Of a DNA stretch of 64,000 nt, positions 14,736 to 27,700 are shown piece after piece (within the stretch, counting starts at the first letter, position 1; every line of letters begins with the position of its first letter). The notes beneath the pieces were generated by a model, which was given only the letters and a program-made list of their open reading frames with translations, did not search any database and had not been told where the DNA came from. Position numbers and translations under genes: made by a program. The DNA lies in contig CM106585.1 of the NCBI GenBank assembly GCA_048013815.1, forward strand, positions 24,118,001-24,182,000, given 5' to 3'. Origin of the DNA: Setoptus koraiensis. Lineage: Eukaryota > Animalia > Arthropoda.

Positions 14736-16781
14736 ATGTAACGACAACAATTACATCTCTACTGTATCTAGCTGAAACTAGCTAAAACTGGACAGACACT
14801 GGATGGCAAGTGGCGTGGCTAGAGGTCTGGCTAGTGGCGCAGCAAGCGAGAGTGTGAGAGCAATTGATGGCAGTATCATTGTGACAAGCAACGTCGCGCC
14901 ACACAAATTGGTTACAGTTACGCCAATGCGCACGCCAAATTGCTATGGGTGATCCAATAGCAACACAGCGACAGAGCTTGAGAGAGCCAAAAGGAAATCA
15001 ATAGATACAACAGATGTAATAGAATTATATAATAGCGGACAGGTAATTGCCGACGCGTTCGATTGCAAATTCAATTTCGCTTTCACTCTCGCTCAAGGAG
15101 TTATCTGCATCATTGGCGGCGCGACACAACTGTTAGCGGATTGCGAATGAATCAGTATGATCCGACGGCGCCTGCAAGTGGCCATTAAGTGGACACAACA
15201 ACAGCAACGACAGCAGCAACAACAACAGCAACAACATCAGACTGGATTAGCGCAAACTGTCTTACTGTAGTTTACTGTTGCAAGGCTTCTTTGCGCTGCT
15301 GACAATAATATATCATAATATCGATATATAATACTGATGCATAACAGTATTTGATCGATGCTGGCGACTGAAAACAGTTGATTAGCGCGTCTGTGCGTCA
15401 CTTGGTGAGTGAGGCCAAAAGAATATGCGCGTTTATTACATAACATGTCACGTATATATAATGGCTATCGGCGATATTGGCACTAATAAAATAAAATTGT
15501 AAAATATTAGCACTGATTTATATATTTAGCATTATGCTGGTTGCTGCGGATCAGCTGGTGCGTCCATTTCGGCAGGCGCATTCTCATCGATTTTCATTCA
15601 CTGGTCGCTGAGGGACTGACTGTGAAAGCATTGAAAGCAAACAAAGATTGCTGTCTCCGATAAGCTAAACAGACAGATAAGACAGTCGGGGATAATCTAA
15701 TAATTTAAACGCTGACAAATAGACATGCCAGTGTGTAGATAGCAACCACGACAGCTACAAGTTGTCCCATGATGACATATAGTGACAGTGAGTGTATGTC
15801 GAGCATGGCAAGCTAACTTTGCCACTTTAACACTGACACACAGTCTAGACACACGCTTTAGATGGCCACTTGCACTTGTCGCCTGTTTCGTTTGTCCTGT
15901 CAAGGTCTAATAATAAGAACGCTACATTTGTGAGTATAACAAAGTTATATAATACTATTATATAATCTAGTCTTTTCAATTGTGTTCCCTCATCAGCTGT
16001 TCCAATCTGCATACTCTCACTCTTATGCAACTTGGCATGCACTGTGCTGTTGATTATGCCATCACAAACTGTCAAGCCGACACTGGCTATCATTGGCCAG
16101 TGCGCACCGGCCAATGATAGCCAGCAATCAACATCCAGTACGCACACACATTAAATCATATGACCAGTCGGCGAGATTTAGATTTAGCGAGATTAGCCAT
16201 TGGACATTTCTATTAATATACTTGACTCTCTCACTACTGCTAGCTTATCTCATGGCTGCTCTGTTATGTCATATGGCTGATATGTCATTTGGCTGATATT
16301 GCATAGCAGTTGTATGCAGTATAATGTCGCATGAGAGTCTCTAGCGGCGAGTATCATTAGCCGACTTTTGTTAGCAAGCAAATGCCTTAGCAAATGTTGA
16401 TTTTATTGAGATACACAGACAGAGAGAGAGACGTCTAATTATCGAAGAGCTCTTTAATGGCTCGAGGCTCTTCGTTATTGATACATCACACATGAGACTG
16501 GCACTGGCTGTGGACGGCAGTCGGTGGACACATATGCATATCGTCATGGCGTTATGCTATTATGTAACATAATATATTTAGCTTACACACACTTATTCAA
16601 GTTATTGGTAGTTTGTGTTATTGGTAGCTTGTGTATTATAATATTATTTTATAATGGTGATAATAGGCAATTTTAAGTGGGCCGAGGCCGACCTCCACCT
16701 GTCAGCACGTCTGTTTGTAGGTATCATCGATTATGTAAGAGGCGTCATCACTGTGCTGGCCAATAACAACAACAGCAACAA

Positions 16782-16828
<47 letters not shown>

Positions 16829-19800
16829 ACTTGTCAACTGTTTGTCAGCTAACGAAAATAATTAACAAACGATCAATTCAGTTATTTCGGCTAAATTTGG
16901 CCGGCGTTCAGTTAAAAGATTGGCGATTGTAAGATTGCTAGCTTGGCTAACATTACTAACTCTTACTTTTAGCTTTGACTTACTCTGGATCTTGTAGCCT
17001 GTATCGCATGTTATTAAATGTTTCGCCAGCACAAATGGTATTACCAAATATGTAGCGCATCATTATGGCCAAATACAACCTTGGCGCAAATGAGATGATG
17101 TTGCCAAGATAAACTAACTAACGATGATTTATTATTTTGAGTGCTACACAACAGACTGTAATATGTTTATGTTGTCTACTTCTGTTCTACTTGTTGGCCA
17201 CTGTAATAGACTCACTGTAATAGACTCACTGTAATAGACTCACTGTAATAGACTCACTGTAATAGACTCACTGTAATAGACGCAATGTAATAGATGTACT
17301 GCAATAGATCGTGCGCTTTGTTTGCAATCAATGCAAACAGGTAATTAATATATTTAATTAATACATGATTGCAACATTCAAATATGTTTCAAAGTTTGAG
17401 CTAAGTGATAGGCGCACAATATATTTGCTAGCTGCAGGTAGGCAACTTGCTACAACCCTGACGAGTGAAAGAAAAATCCACACTCCAACATGCAACACAA
17501 AAGGAGAAATAGATTAAATTGAGAAATCATTTATCAATTTAATCTATCAATTTGAGTGGAGCGGCACTACTTTGTTTGGCCGGCCAGAATCCGGCCAGCT
17601 ACTTTGTTTGGCCAGATCCTTGAAAGTGGGCACGGATTTGTTCGTCCATACGGCAAACTCTTGTGGCGGTGCTCTCATTAATTGAGCCAGTCATGATGAA
17701 CATAATTGAATGTTGAATGTCATTGTTGCCCAATATAAACATATTTGCAACTAGTGCGTTTGCAAATAATTGGGTCACAATCTCATTGTGGCCACAAGTT
17801 CCGGCATAAGAGATCGTGCCAATCGCACTTGGCCGGCTCTTGATGATGAACAACAAAATTTGCATATATGTATGCATGATGATACATGATGTTGCCGTTA
17901 CTTTTTGATGAGATAATCTAATCAAGTCACAGGACAATGAGGCAGCGTTTGTTTATTTCTCATATAACTTTTATAAAATAACATTTATTCAGGCAACGCA
18001 TGCCGGCCAGCGGTAGAAATTTGATGCCCGCTGTTGTTGTTGCCGTTGTTGTTGCCGTTGTTGGTGTTGTTGCTTTTGTCGGTGGCCTTGTTGTTGTTGT
18101 TGCTGGCGCCGGTGTAGCGGCAATTCCTCGGGCTGACAATGAAACGAGATGATCCGAGAATCAATCCTTCAATCACGACCAGCAAGACACAAACGGCGAC
18201 TTGCGATGCCAGCCAACAGCAACTAAGCAAACAAGTCGAAGTAAAAGCAATTCTTTCAGCTAGAAACAAATGAAAAAGCTCGCATAGTTGATTAAAATTG
18301 TTGTTGCGTTGCGTAAGTACGCAAAGCAAATTCAACCACCAGATAACTGACTCATATCTGACAACAATAATATGGCAATCGGACAGAATTTAGAATTCAG
18401 ACAATTCTGTTTGAATTCTGCAAGAGGCGGCAATAAAAGTAGAGGGCATTTTGGCATGATTTTGGTTTCCCTGGAGAATTGATTCATTTATTCGCATTTA
18501 TTTGCAATAAACAGCGATAATATTCATGATATGCTCACGCATCATATATATATATATGTTATCGGGCAAACAAACAGCAACTCATCAAGTGTTTGCGGTG
18601 CGCAAGACAACTCGCATGACACTTGATATGACACACGCAGATGATGAATCAAATTTCATTTTGTGTTTATATATACCTTGATACCTTTGTGCTTTCATAG
18701 CGTCCTATTATCAGTGTATATTTCGAGAATTTACACTGAATATACTGAATGGCGAGAGAGACCGTATATTCAGTGTAAATTCTGAGGTAGACAGATCAGA
18801 TATGTCGTTGTGCGCAGCGAACGAGTGGAAGGCCGAAAAGAAGCCGGCGCTTTGTGGTGCAGGTAATTTAATTTGGTCGCTGCAAATAATAGAAACACCG
18901 CCAACGTAGGTGTTTGCCGCCATAAAATGATGATGCACTCTCACACTAGCACCATGCAACAGGTTCATTTGAATACTCTCATGACGCACCGTGTCTCGAT
19001 AAGGCCTCGCCATATCAACGGCTCCGGCCGCCAGATAAAACAACCGACTTGCTTCATCAACCAACCGAGCCGTGAAAAAAATTCTCTCCAATCTGAATTT
19101 TTGAAATTGCCTGCTTGTTGGCTTGTTGGCTTGTTGGGTGCCCCCAATAGATTCATTCATCATCGTGGCGATGTTTGCACTGGTGATGTCATGCTCTTGT
19201 CACTCATTGCGAATGAATGAATTATTCGTTCATCTCTGGCACTGGTCGCTGGCAATATGGGCATCGCTCATTTTGCTCACTTTGTGTTATTTGATGGAGC
19301 TGTTTGTTAGTTTGTGGCGGTCATCAGGCCGTCAGTTGTCAGTTTGTTTGTTTGTTTGTTTGCGTCAACTGTGAGTCAACTGTGAGTCAACTGTGAGACA
19401 AGAGCAAGTTGTGTAATGGGATCCCCATTTCATCACCTGGCGCGTATAGACGAATTGCGCTTGAATTGACCATTACGCCTAGTACACATTGCATTACTCA
19501 ACACTGGCTAAACTTGCAACAAGATGATTGCTTGCAATACTCTCCAATAATATCTTAACAATCTTAATAACAGTCTTAATAACAAGACAGTTGGAGATAT
19601 TTGAGACAAGACAGTTTGCGTTCAAATGTTTAGATGGCAGCACCCTATAGACAGAGCTAATTGCCGATTATCCGGCCAATTGATTGAGACGAAGCAGCGG
19701 TCTCTAACTGGGTCTCATCACACACACAAATCGCAGATCACAAATGGCGAATCACAAATCGCGAATCGCAAATCACATATCGACGAGCAAATGCGAAGAC

Positions 19801-21630
19801 CCAATTTCAATCGCTTTTACTGCGCTCAGAATCACAGTGGGCTCATTCCGATTTTGTTGTGATGATGTTTTTGTTTCATCATCATGCGAGCTGCATTTTA
19901 AGTTATAAGTTAACGGTTATAATTGGAAATATTCATATAACACATTGAGTGAGCGTTCGGTATGTTATTACACACGCTCACACACAAGTCACACCATGAA
20001 ATGAGAATATGAGAATATCAATAGAATTATTATTTAACTCTCCAACAGTGAGTGAGTGATCTATGAAATGCAACTCATTTACATATTGTGAGCCCATCGA
20101 CTGACACAAAAGTGACTGAGAATAATTGCCAGTTTGCAGCGCTTGTTTGGCCATCATCACCATCATCGTCATCATGTGTCGATATAGTTGCAAATGGAAT
20201 GGACAGGATAAGTCGGGTCACAAAAGTGACGACACTAGCACCGCCAACAAGCCAACAAGCTAACGAGCCAACGAGCCAACGAGCCAACGAGCCAAAACAG
20301 TCTCACCTTTCACACCCGCGATGGGTCGTCATTAAAAGTGATTCGAATTGCATTCGATTTACAATTTACATTCTTTCTCATTCATTTGTCTTCTTCTGCG
20401 AGTTCTGCGATGCTTTCTTTGGTGCCATGCATTGTGTTTATGTTGGCCAAGTTTGTTGGACACACATATAAGTTATATGATATAACTATATGAAAATACG
20501 CGAATAAATATCAAGCGAATATTAACTTACCTATTATCGTTTGAACGCGCACTGACAGTTGGGTCCTCAACAGAATGGTATTCTTTTTGCTAATAACGCC
20601 AGTGATAATAACAATGGTTTGATGGTGTCGTTATAATTGTTTGTTGTCCATTGGAATGAGCATCAATAAGTGGTGGTTGTCGGTTGATTGCGCATAATCA
20701 TTGCACACGTTGAATCGTCGTAATACGTCCAGTTGCAGTACGTCGAGTCGCAATTTGTCGAGTTGCAATACGTCGAGTCGAGTTTAGTAGAGGAGAAGAA
20801 GATAGAAAGTTTGGTATTAGTGTATGTGACTATCATAGGCTCTAAGCAACGAGCCATAGATTGATTTTGTTCGTTAGTTGGGTTAATTTCAAGCTTTCTT
20901 TTATCTCTCCCTCTCTAGCGCTGCCTCATTTGCTCTGTTGGAGCGGTTGTCAAATTAAGCCAACTTGCAATCACTATCTACGCGCTCGCCAGTGGATCAT
21001 CCGTCAGCCATCTATCGGTCAAGTGCCGTTTAAGAGAGGCTTTAGTTGAGTTTGTTGCTTTTGCATTATGACAACAACAATCAGCTGTTTGCAATTGCAT
21101 CGTTGCCGGTGCCGTTATGTAATCTCGATGATCATGAGATTGAGAGATGGGAGATAATAATTAGAAATTTGTGCAAAACTTGCTTCATTCAACGCTCAAA
21201 CTGTCTAAATGATGTCGACCGACCCACAGACTCGTTGTTCGCTGGCTGGCCGCTTGGTTGGCTGTTGTAACCGATAACTTGTCAGTGTTTATAACAATTA
21301 GTTATAACACTTGGGTGCTGGCTGCCCTTTAACAATGCCAGCCAACAAAACTAGCAACAAACAACAACAACAGCGAAACAGCGAAACAGCGAAACAGCGA
21401 AACAGCGAAACAAGCAAACAAACAAACAAACAAACAAACAATTCAAGACCAACAACAATGGCCAGTCAGCTGACCATTTTAAGTTGAATTTTACACCATT
21501 TTTATAATGAACGAGTGAGTGAGTGAATGAATGAGCGAATGAATGCTCGAATGAATGAGCACAGAGCAGCAAAGAGCAAAGAGTGACGTAATTGATGTCA
21601 ATTATTACAGTGTCTGATCAGACAATCTGC

Positions 21631-21706
<76 letters not shown>

Positions 21707-24700
21707 GAGCTCTTTAGCACAACAGCGGCAACAACAGCAACAACAAACAAATACATATTAAGCCGATTGATTTCAACTATGCGAGTGATACGTCTAAGGA
21801 GCGTATCTAAGGATGGCGCAAGTTTGCGGAAGTGTGTCTCACCTGATGTGTGGCTGGATATTGGCCAGTGTCTGACAGTGGCCAGTGTCGGGTATTAACT
21901 GTCTGGTATCAACGAGGAGAGCCCAATAGCACGCAGTGGAGCCAATATAAATAATAGCTAGAAGAGAGCAGCCACGCGCACTCTTGTGGCAGTCACAACA
22001 AGTTAATCAAACAACAAAATCTGCAAAGGCGACTAATCAGCCCACTGACAGCCAGTGAGATGATCGGATTAAGGCGATCGCACGCCGGACATTACGCAAC
22101 AGATATACGCAACAGTTGGCCATTGAGACAGGTGGAATAAACTGGATTGAATAATACCAATGCCATTGTTGTTCAACTTGAAACAATTAATGGTCTGATT
22201 TGGGGCTCAGTTGAGCCAAAGCAAACAATTGTTACAATATACTAATATCCGACACACACACACACTTGTGTTGCCATCAAATATAGACAGATCAAAATAA
22301 TAAAATCATTATAATGGTCTGACTGATGATTATTGTGAGATGCTGACTCTGGTTGACATTGCCATATCATGATAATGCCGCTTCTGGTGCCGCTGAATCA
22401 CTGCTAACCCACAAACATTGAACATGGAAATATTGAAATTTAAACAAGGATAAACGATGATTCATGGTGGATGAAGCATCGATGAAGCAGCAACGAGCCA
22501 ACGACGAGAGAGAGAGAGAGAGCGAGCGATAAATGCAAGGCTGCAAAGGCGATAAGTAGAAGAAATCGTGAGAGTTTGGTATGATGATGATGATACTGTT
22601 AATGATGATACCACTTGTTGCAACTTGCGCAGCTCACAATGCCCATCCGCATACTGGCTAACTATGTGGCTATCGATATGCGTACAGTATGCTGAGTATA
22701 GTTTGGCAAAGTTGCATAAGATTAGTGTGCTATTGAATGTATATATGCATCAAGACAAGAGAAGAGTAAAATGGAAAACTGGTCCACTAACCGATACATA
22801 TTAAGCTAATAGCGACTTGAGTCCAGCGAGACGTTCTTTTCGGTGTCAGTAGTGGATATTTCTGTCTCGAGTATGTCGGCGTATCTCGACGTATCTCAAC
22901 AAGGTGAAGCAAAGTAAGGAGAGTTTTCCATTTGGCCTGCTGATCAGGTTGTGCTGTTGCATAAGCTTGTCGAGCCAACAACAACTTTGTGCAACTTGAA
23001 CTTGATAATGGCAACATCGACGATACTGGTAGTAGCATCAAACTGATAGTATTGATATAATTGATTCATCAGCATGCGAGTTAGTGAGCTCATTACTAAA
23101 TGAACGAGACTCAAGGAGAAATGAAGAACAAGAAGAAGCGGATGAAGGCAGAAGAAAAGGAAAGCCAACTGCCCGCTGGAGTGGCAAGAACATTTGTTTT
23201 AGCTCATGTTATATAATGATACAGTTAGCGGCCACTAGGCTAGTAGTACTATTAATAAAAAGTAAATATTGATACACCTTCGCACTGGCCGATCATTGGT
23301 CAGAGCCGATGGTCAAGCGAATAATTTTCTTTCTTTTTAGGTTCTTAGGTCAATTCTCATACTACTTATACTGCTCATACTACTTGTATAATGTTGCCGG
23401 GTAGACAAAAAAGCGACACACAGCCGGACAGCCGGACAGTCGGATAGCCGGACAGCCGGACAGGCGCACAAGTGGACAGGTGGAGGTGGACAGAAGCGAG
23501 GAAGAGGAAGCTTCTATTGGCTTCCATTTCTTTTTTCTTCCACGATATCCAATAGAAACACATCGGAATTCGCAACCAACCGATAGCATCGTTGCGCGCA
23601 TACTAATACAGCCTCATATGATAGTATAGCAACCACTATTTGCTGCACTAACTATAGCCTACTATTTATTTAGGGCGCGCTCTTCACTAATTAAGTGATG
23701 ATCTAGTTGAGCCGAACAATTAGACTCTCTCTCTATGCTTTGTCTGTCGCTCTCATCTATTGATTGTGCTAGTTGCATCACTGGTTGTATCAGTTGGCTG
23801 TATTGCTCCTATTACCGGCTGCATGAGAGTAGACGAGTTCTCTGGCAAGGCCACACAGAGCACAAAGTGAGCCTCAAAATGACCATATCAAAGAGCTGGC
23901 TACAGTTGGCACGGTTACGCCAAATGTTAGATGGAAAACCGAGAAAATAGCAGCGAATTCTTAATTAGTTGGTCATTTATCGGCTAGCCCCCATCGGCTA
24001 ATTGATAAATCATCGCCATTCGCCCATTTATATATATGCTCGTTGTCTGGCTAACAAGCACTGCCACTTGTTGACTCGATTGTGATCAATTTTAGTGCTG
24101 CGTCATGCTCGCATGTTGTTGTTGTTGTCGTTATTTATTATTTTTGGCCGATTTCGACTAGTCGCGCTCACATTCTTATTGCGTCTCATGAATCATGAGT
24201 CATGTTGCTGAAAGTCTTTTAATATTACATAGTATACGCTTGTCGTCTGTGGCATGCCTGTGGATAATTGCAACGTCGTCGACATTGATGATTACCGGCT
24301 GTTGATGATCACCGAAATCACGCTGCTGACGCTGTTGTCGCTGATGATGCCTGTTGATGTAAATTAGGCCAGTGTCAGCGCTAACTGCTGATTAATGTTA
24401 ACTGATAACTGTTTTATTCAAACAACAACAACAACAACAACAACAACTCTCTGACAACACAACAAATCACCTGTTAACCTTGATTGCGGCATGGGCGCAG
24501 CTTGTAGCTACAAAATACCACAAATTTATAACTACAAAACTCGGCTAACAGCTAATAAAATTAAGTTTGGCCAATGGTCACTGCACTAACTACACACTAA
24601 TCAACACTAATCAATTAGCGGACTTTGCGATGACGTGTCGAATAGCGTTGATTGATCAATCAAACTGACAGCGTCTCGTCAGCGACAAGAGCAAGTCTCG

Positions 24701-27700
24701 ACATGCTAATGTCATGCCGACATTAGTAGACGTTGGCAATAATATATTTTTTTTAGCTTTAGCCGCTTGTTGTGATAATTTGAGGATTTTTGTGATTTGA
24801 ACAAGTGACTTTTTGCTTATGGCGGCTGTATGCGCTGCCAGCCACATGATCAATGGACCAGTCACTCATTCTAGTCTCATTGCACTTACGTAACATCAAT
24901 ACAGCACACAGGCCACTATATACAGGCCAGTATACAGGTAAGCATACAGGTGAGTATACAGGTGAGTATACAGGTGAGTATGCGAACACAAGTTGACACA
25001 CAGTTTGACTGGTGAGCGATGCCGGCCGTTTGTGTTGCAAGTCTGTCTGCTTATAACAACAAGCTGTTAAATGTATTCGTTGGCTGGTTGGTTGGTCATT
25101 GTTGGCAGAGTAAATTGGTAGATTGTTGCGGTAATAGTGATACTTTGCTAGTGGCTCGGGATCTTCACTGGCCACGTTACAAGTTGGCCGGTATAACAGG
25201 ACAGGTAGGCCACCGGCGATCGTGCGCGCTACCGGTCGTTGTAATTTATGTAGTTAGCGCGCCATTGAGAAATCGAGAATCGCACTGAGAAAAACTAATT
25301 CAGTCAGTAACTTTACTAACAATCTGCTTACTTAACTGCACTGCAGCTACTATCCTGACTTGTGCGACTTGACAGGTGATGCTGCGATGCAGTTAATTAG
25401 TTCTCTGACTTCACCGATTGTTTATAATTACTGTTTATAACTGGCCAATACTCGAGCCAAACTAACTGTGTGTGAACTTGAACTGACCAGTAACTCACTT
25501 TGATCTACTCGCAAGCTTGTTTTGCCTGTTTTTGTTTCTTTTTGCTTTTTCTGAGCTTTGATGCACATGAGACAGTCGCATAAAAGGGAATGAGTTAACT
25601 TGTTGCATCAACTATGAATCACTGATTGAGTGACTTGTTCAACAACTTGAGTAATCACTTTACAGCTAGTTACAGTTAGTTACAGTTAGTTACAGTTAGT
25701 TACAGCCACACAGAGACAAGTGCAAACGTTTGCACTTGTCTTAACGAAAAAACCGTTCAGCAAAACAGTGCAGCTCAACATGGACAAAAGGAGAGATTTG
25801 GATATTTATTAATATAACTAGTTTGTTGTTCCGTCGCCCTTCCAGTTGGTCAGCTGTTTCATCTTGATTGGCTGTTGCCTGTTACGTCATGACTGTTACA
25901 TCATGATTGCACTGTGTTGGCTCGTCGAATTTAAATTGATTACATGGCATCATGTGTTGCATCATGTGAACTTGAACTGTTCCGTTCAAGTTGGCAATCG
26001 CCATTCAACTGGCAGCAACAGCCAACAACCAACAGCCAACAACCAAAAGCAACGGCAACAAGTGCAAACACGTCGGTAACGGTCTGACCGGTGCCATGAC
26101 CAACCAGAACAAGCAGCTGTGTGTTTGGTTGATGTTCAATGATTGAACTTCAATCGGAAAACGATTAGTTGAAGTGTCATGTGACATTCTGATCAGCTGA
26201 TTAAATGATGATGACGACGATGATGATGATGATGATGACTATGCCAAGTTAAATATACAACAATCACTCACTATCAACTTGATCATACTATCAGGCGCAT
26301 AATGCAACAAGTGGCAGTTGATAGCAACCACGCCAGCATTAGAAAATTGCGTAATGCAATTTACAGGCGACGGACATTCGGACGTTCGACAAACGTAATT
26401 GGCGCCGTGCACCAAACAACAGCTAAAGAGGTTGCCGTTTCCTGTTTGTGTCACTTTGTTGCTGACCGGGCCACAATATGTTGTTGTCGTTGTTCAACAG
26501 CGCGGCTCGCTGTATCAATCTAAAACTTTGTTGCAATTGCAAGCTATAATTGCTAAAAATAAAATTGTCCTATACTCACTAACAACATCTCACAGCTGAT
26601 CTGGCCACTTAAATGGCTGATCAGCTCAAGTTATCAGTGATAAACGTATCGCTCATTGCGCAACAATCAATCAACTTGAAAAATATGACATGCAAAAGCG
26701 AACAGCAACGACAAACAATGTGTCGATGCGGCGAAATTGCATGCAAAACTGTTGCCACTTGACAGTATATCTGCATTTGCATCTCGTCATCATCATCGGC
26801 CTCATAGACGCGTTAGATTCGTTCTTTTATATGTTTAGATTTGATTCGATTAAAAGATCCGTGGCGAGCCACCAAAACGAACGAAACAAACGAAACGGAA
26901 CAGCTACACAAATCGCCGCTTCCCTCACACAATCGCCACTGCAGCGACAAGGCCACTGGTCACTTGTTGCGATGGTGCACTTATTGTTGCATCATCAATC
27001 GTACACGAAACGGCGGGAATTGCGGCGGCACAACCTTACAAATCATGCGTCGATCGCATCATTTTGCTAAGGTGCTCAGCATGATAATAATCACAGCCAC
27101 ATCGCACATAATCCAAAGTAAGTGGCATACATTTGTTAATCAATTGGCTATCAGGTTATTTATTATCAAGCAAGGGCGGCCACTTCCATTTGGACGCTTC
27201 TCATTCAACGGCCTATACAGGCACCAATGTCTGGCCAATATCTGACCAATATCTACGGCCACCAGCGTGACCTTGACCACTTCCTCTATGACTAGACTGA
27301 ATGACTAGACTGTGTGTGACTATGCCTGCTTGCGGTGTGACCTTGACTAAGTGAGTCAGTCAGTCAATCAATCGATCGATGATCATCGGACACTCGTTAC
27401 GTAATGATGCCGAAAGGAAATTTATGCATACTTGCAGTGTGTGTTGTAACAAGATGAACGATTAAACGAATAAATGGATAAATGGACAGTTGGGTGCCAA
27501 GTGACGAGCAACAAGCAGACAACCTTAAGTGCCCATCATCATCAGGCTTGTTGGTTGCGTCATCTGTAGCCGTAGCTGTAGTTATGTAATGCTTTTGATA
27601 GTGTTAGTGTGAGTGGCTAACTAGCCAGTCATCACGATCCAACATTGCGGCAGCAGCAACAACAACAACAACAACAACAACATCAACTGTTACTGTTAGT

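Noticed and set aside
17199-17310. Regular repeats here and at 6189, 29958, 30300 and 55581 considered as CRISPR arrays
   Set aside because: Head-to-tail units with no unique spacers, no cas genes, and a eukaryotic context.
18783-18804. TGAGGTAG, the let-7 seed
   Set aside because: Only 8 nt match; the following bases differ from let-7 and it lies outside the stem of the adjacent hairpin.
24759-25175. 138-aa minus ORF with a gtaagt donor
   Set aside because: GTG start; part of the ORF runs through the 12-bp repeat; it would require skipping the conserved micro-exon.
27288-27312. tgactaga x2, the miR-279 family seed
   Set aside because: A short direct repeat with no complementary arm and no match to the mature miRNA.
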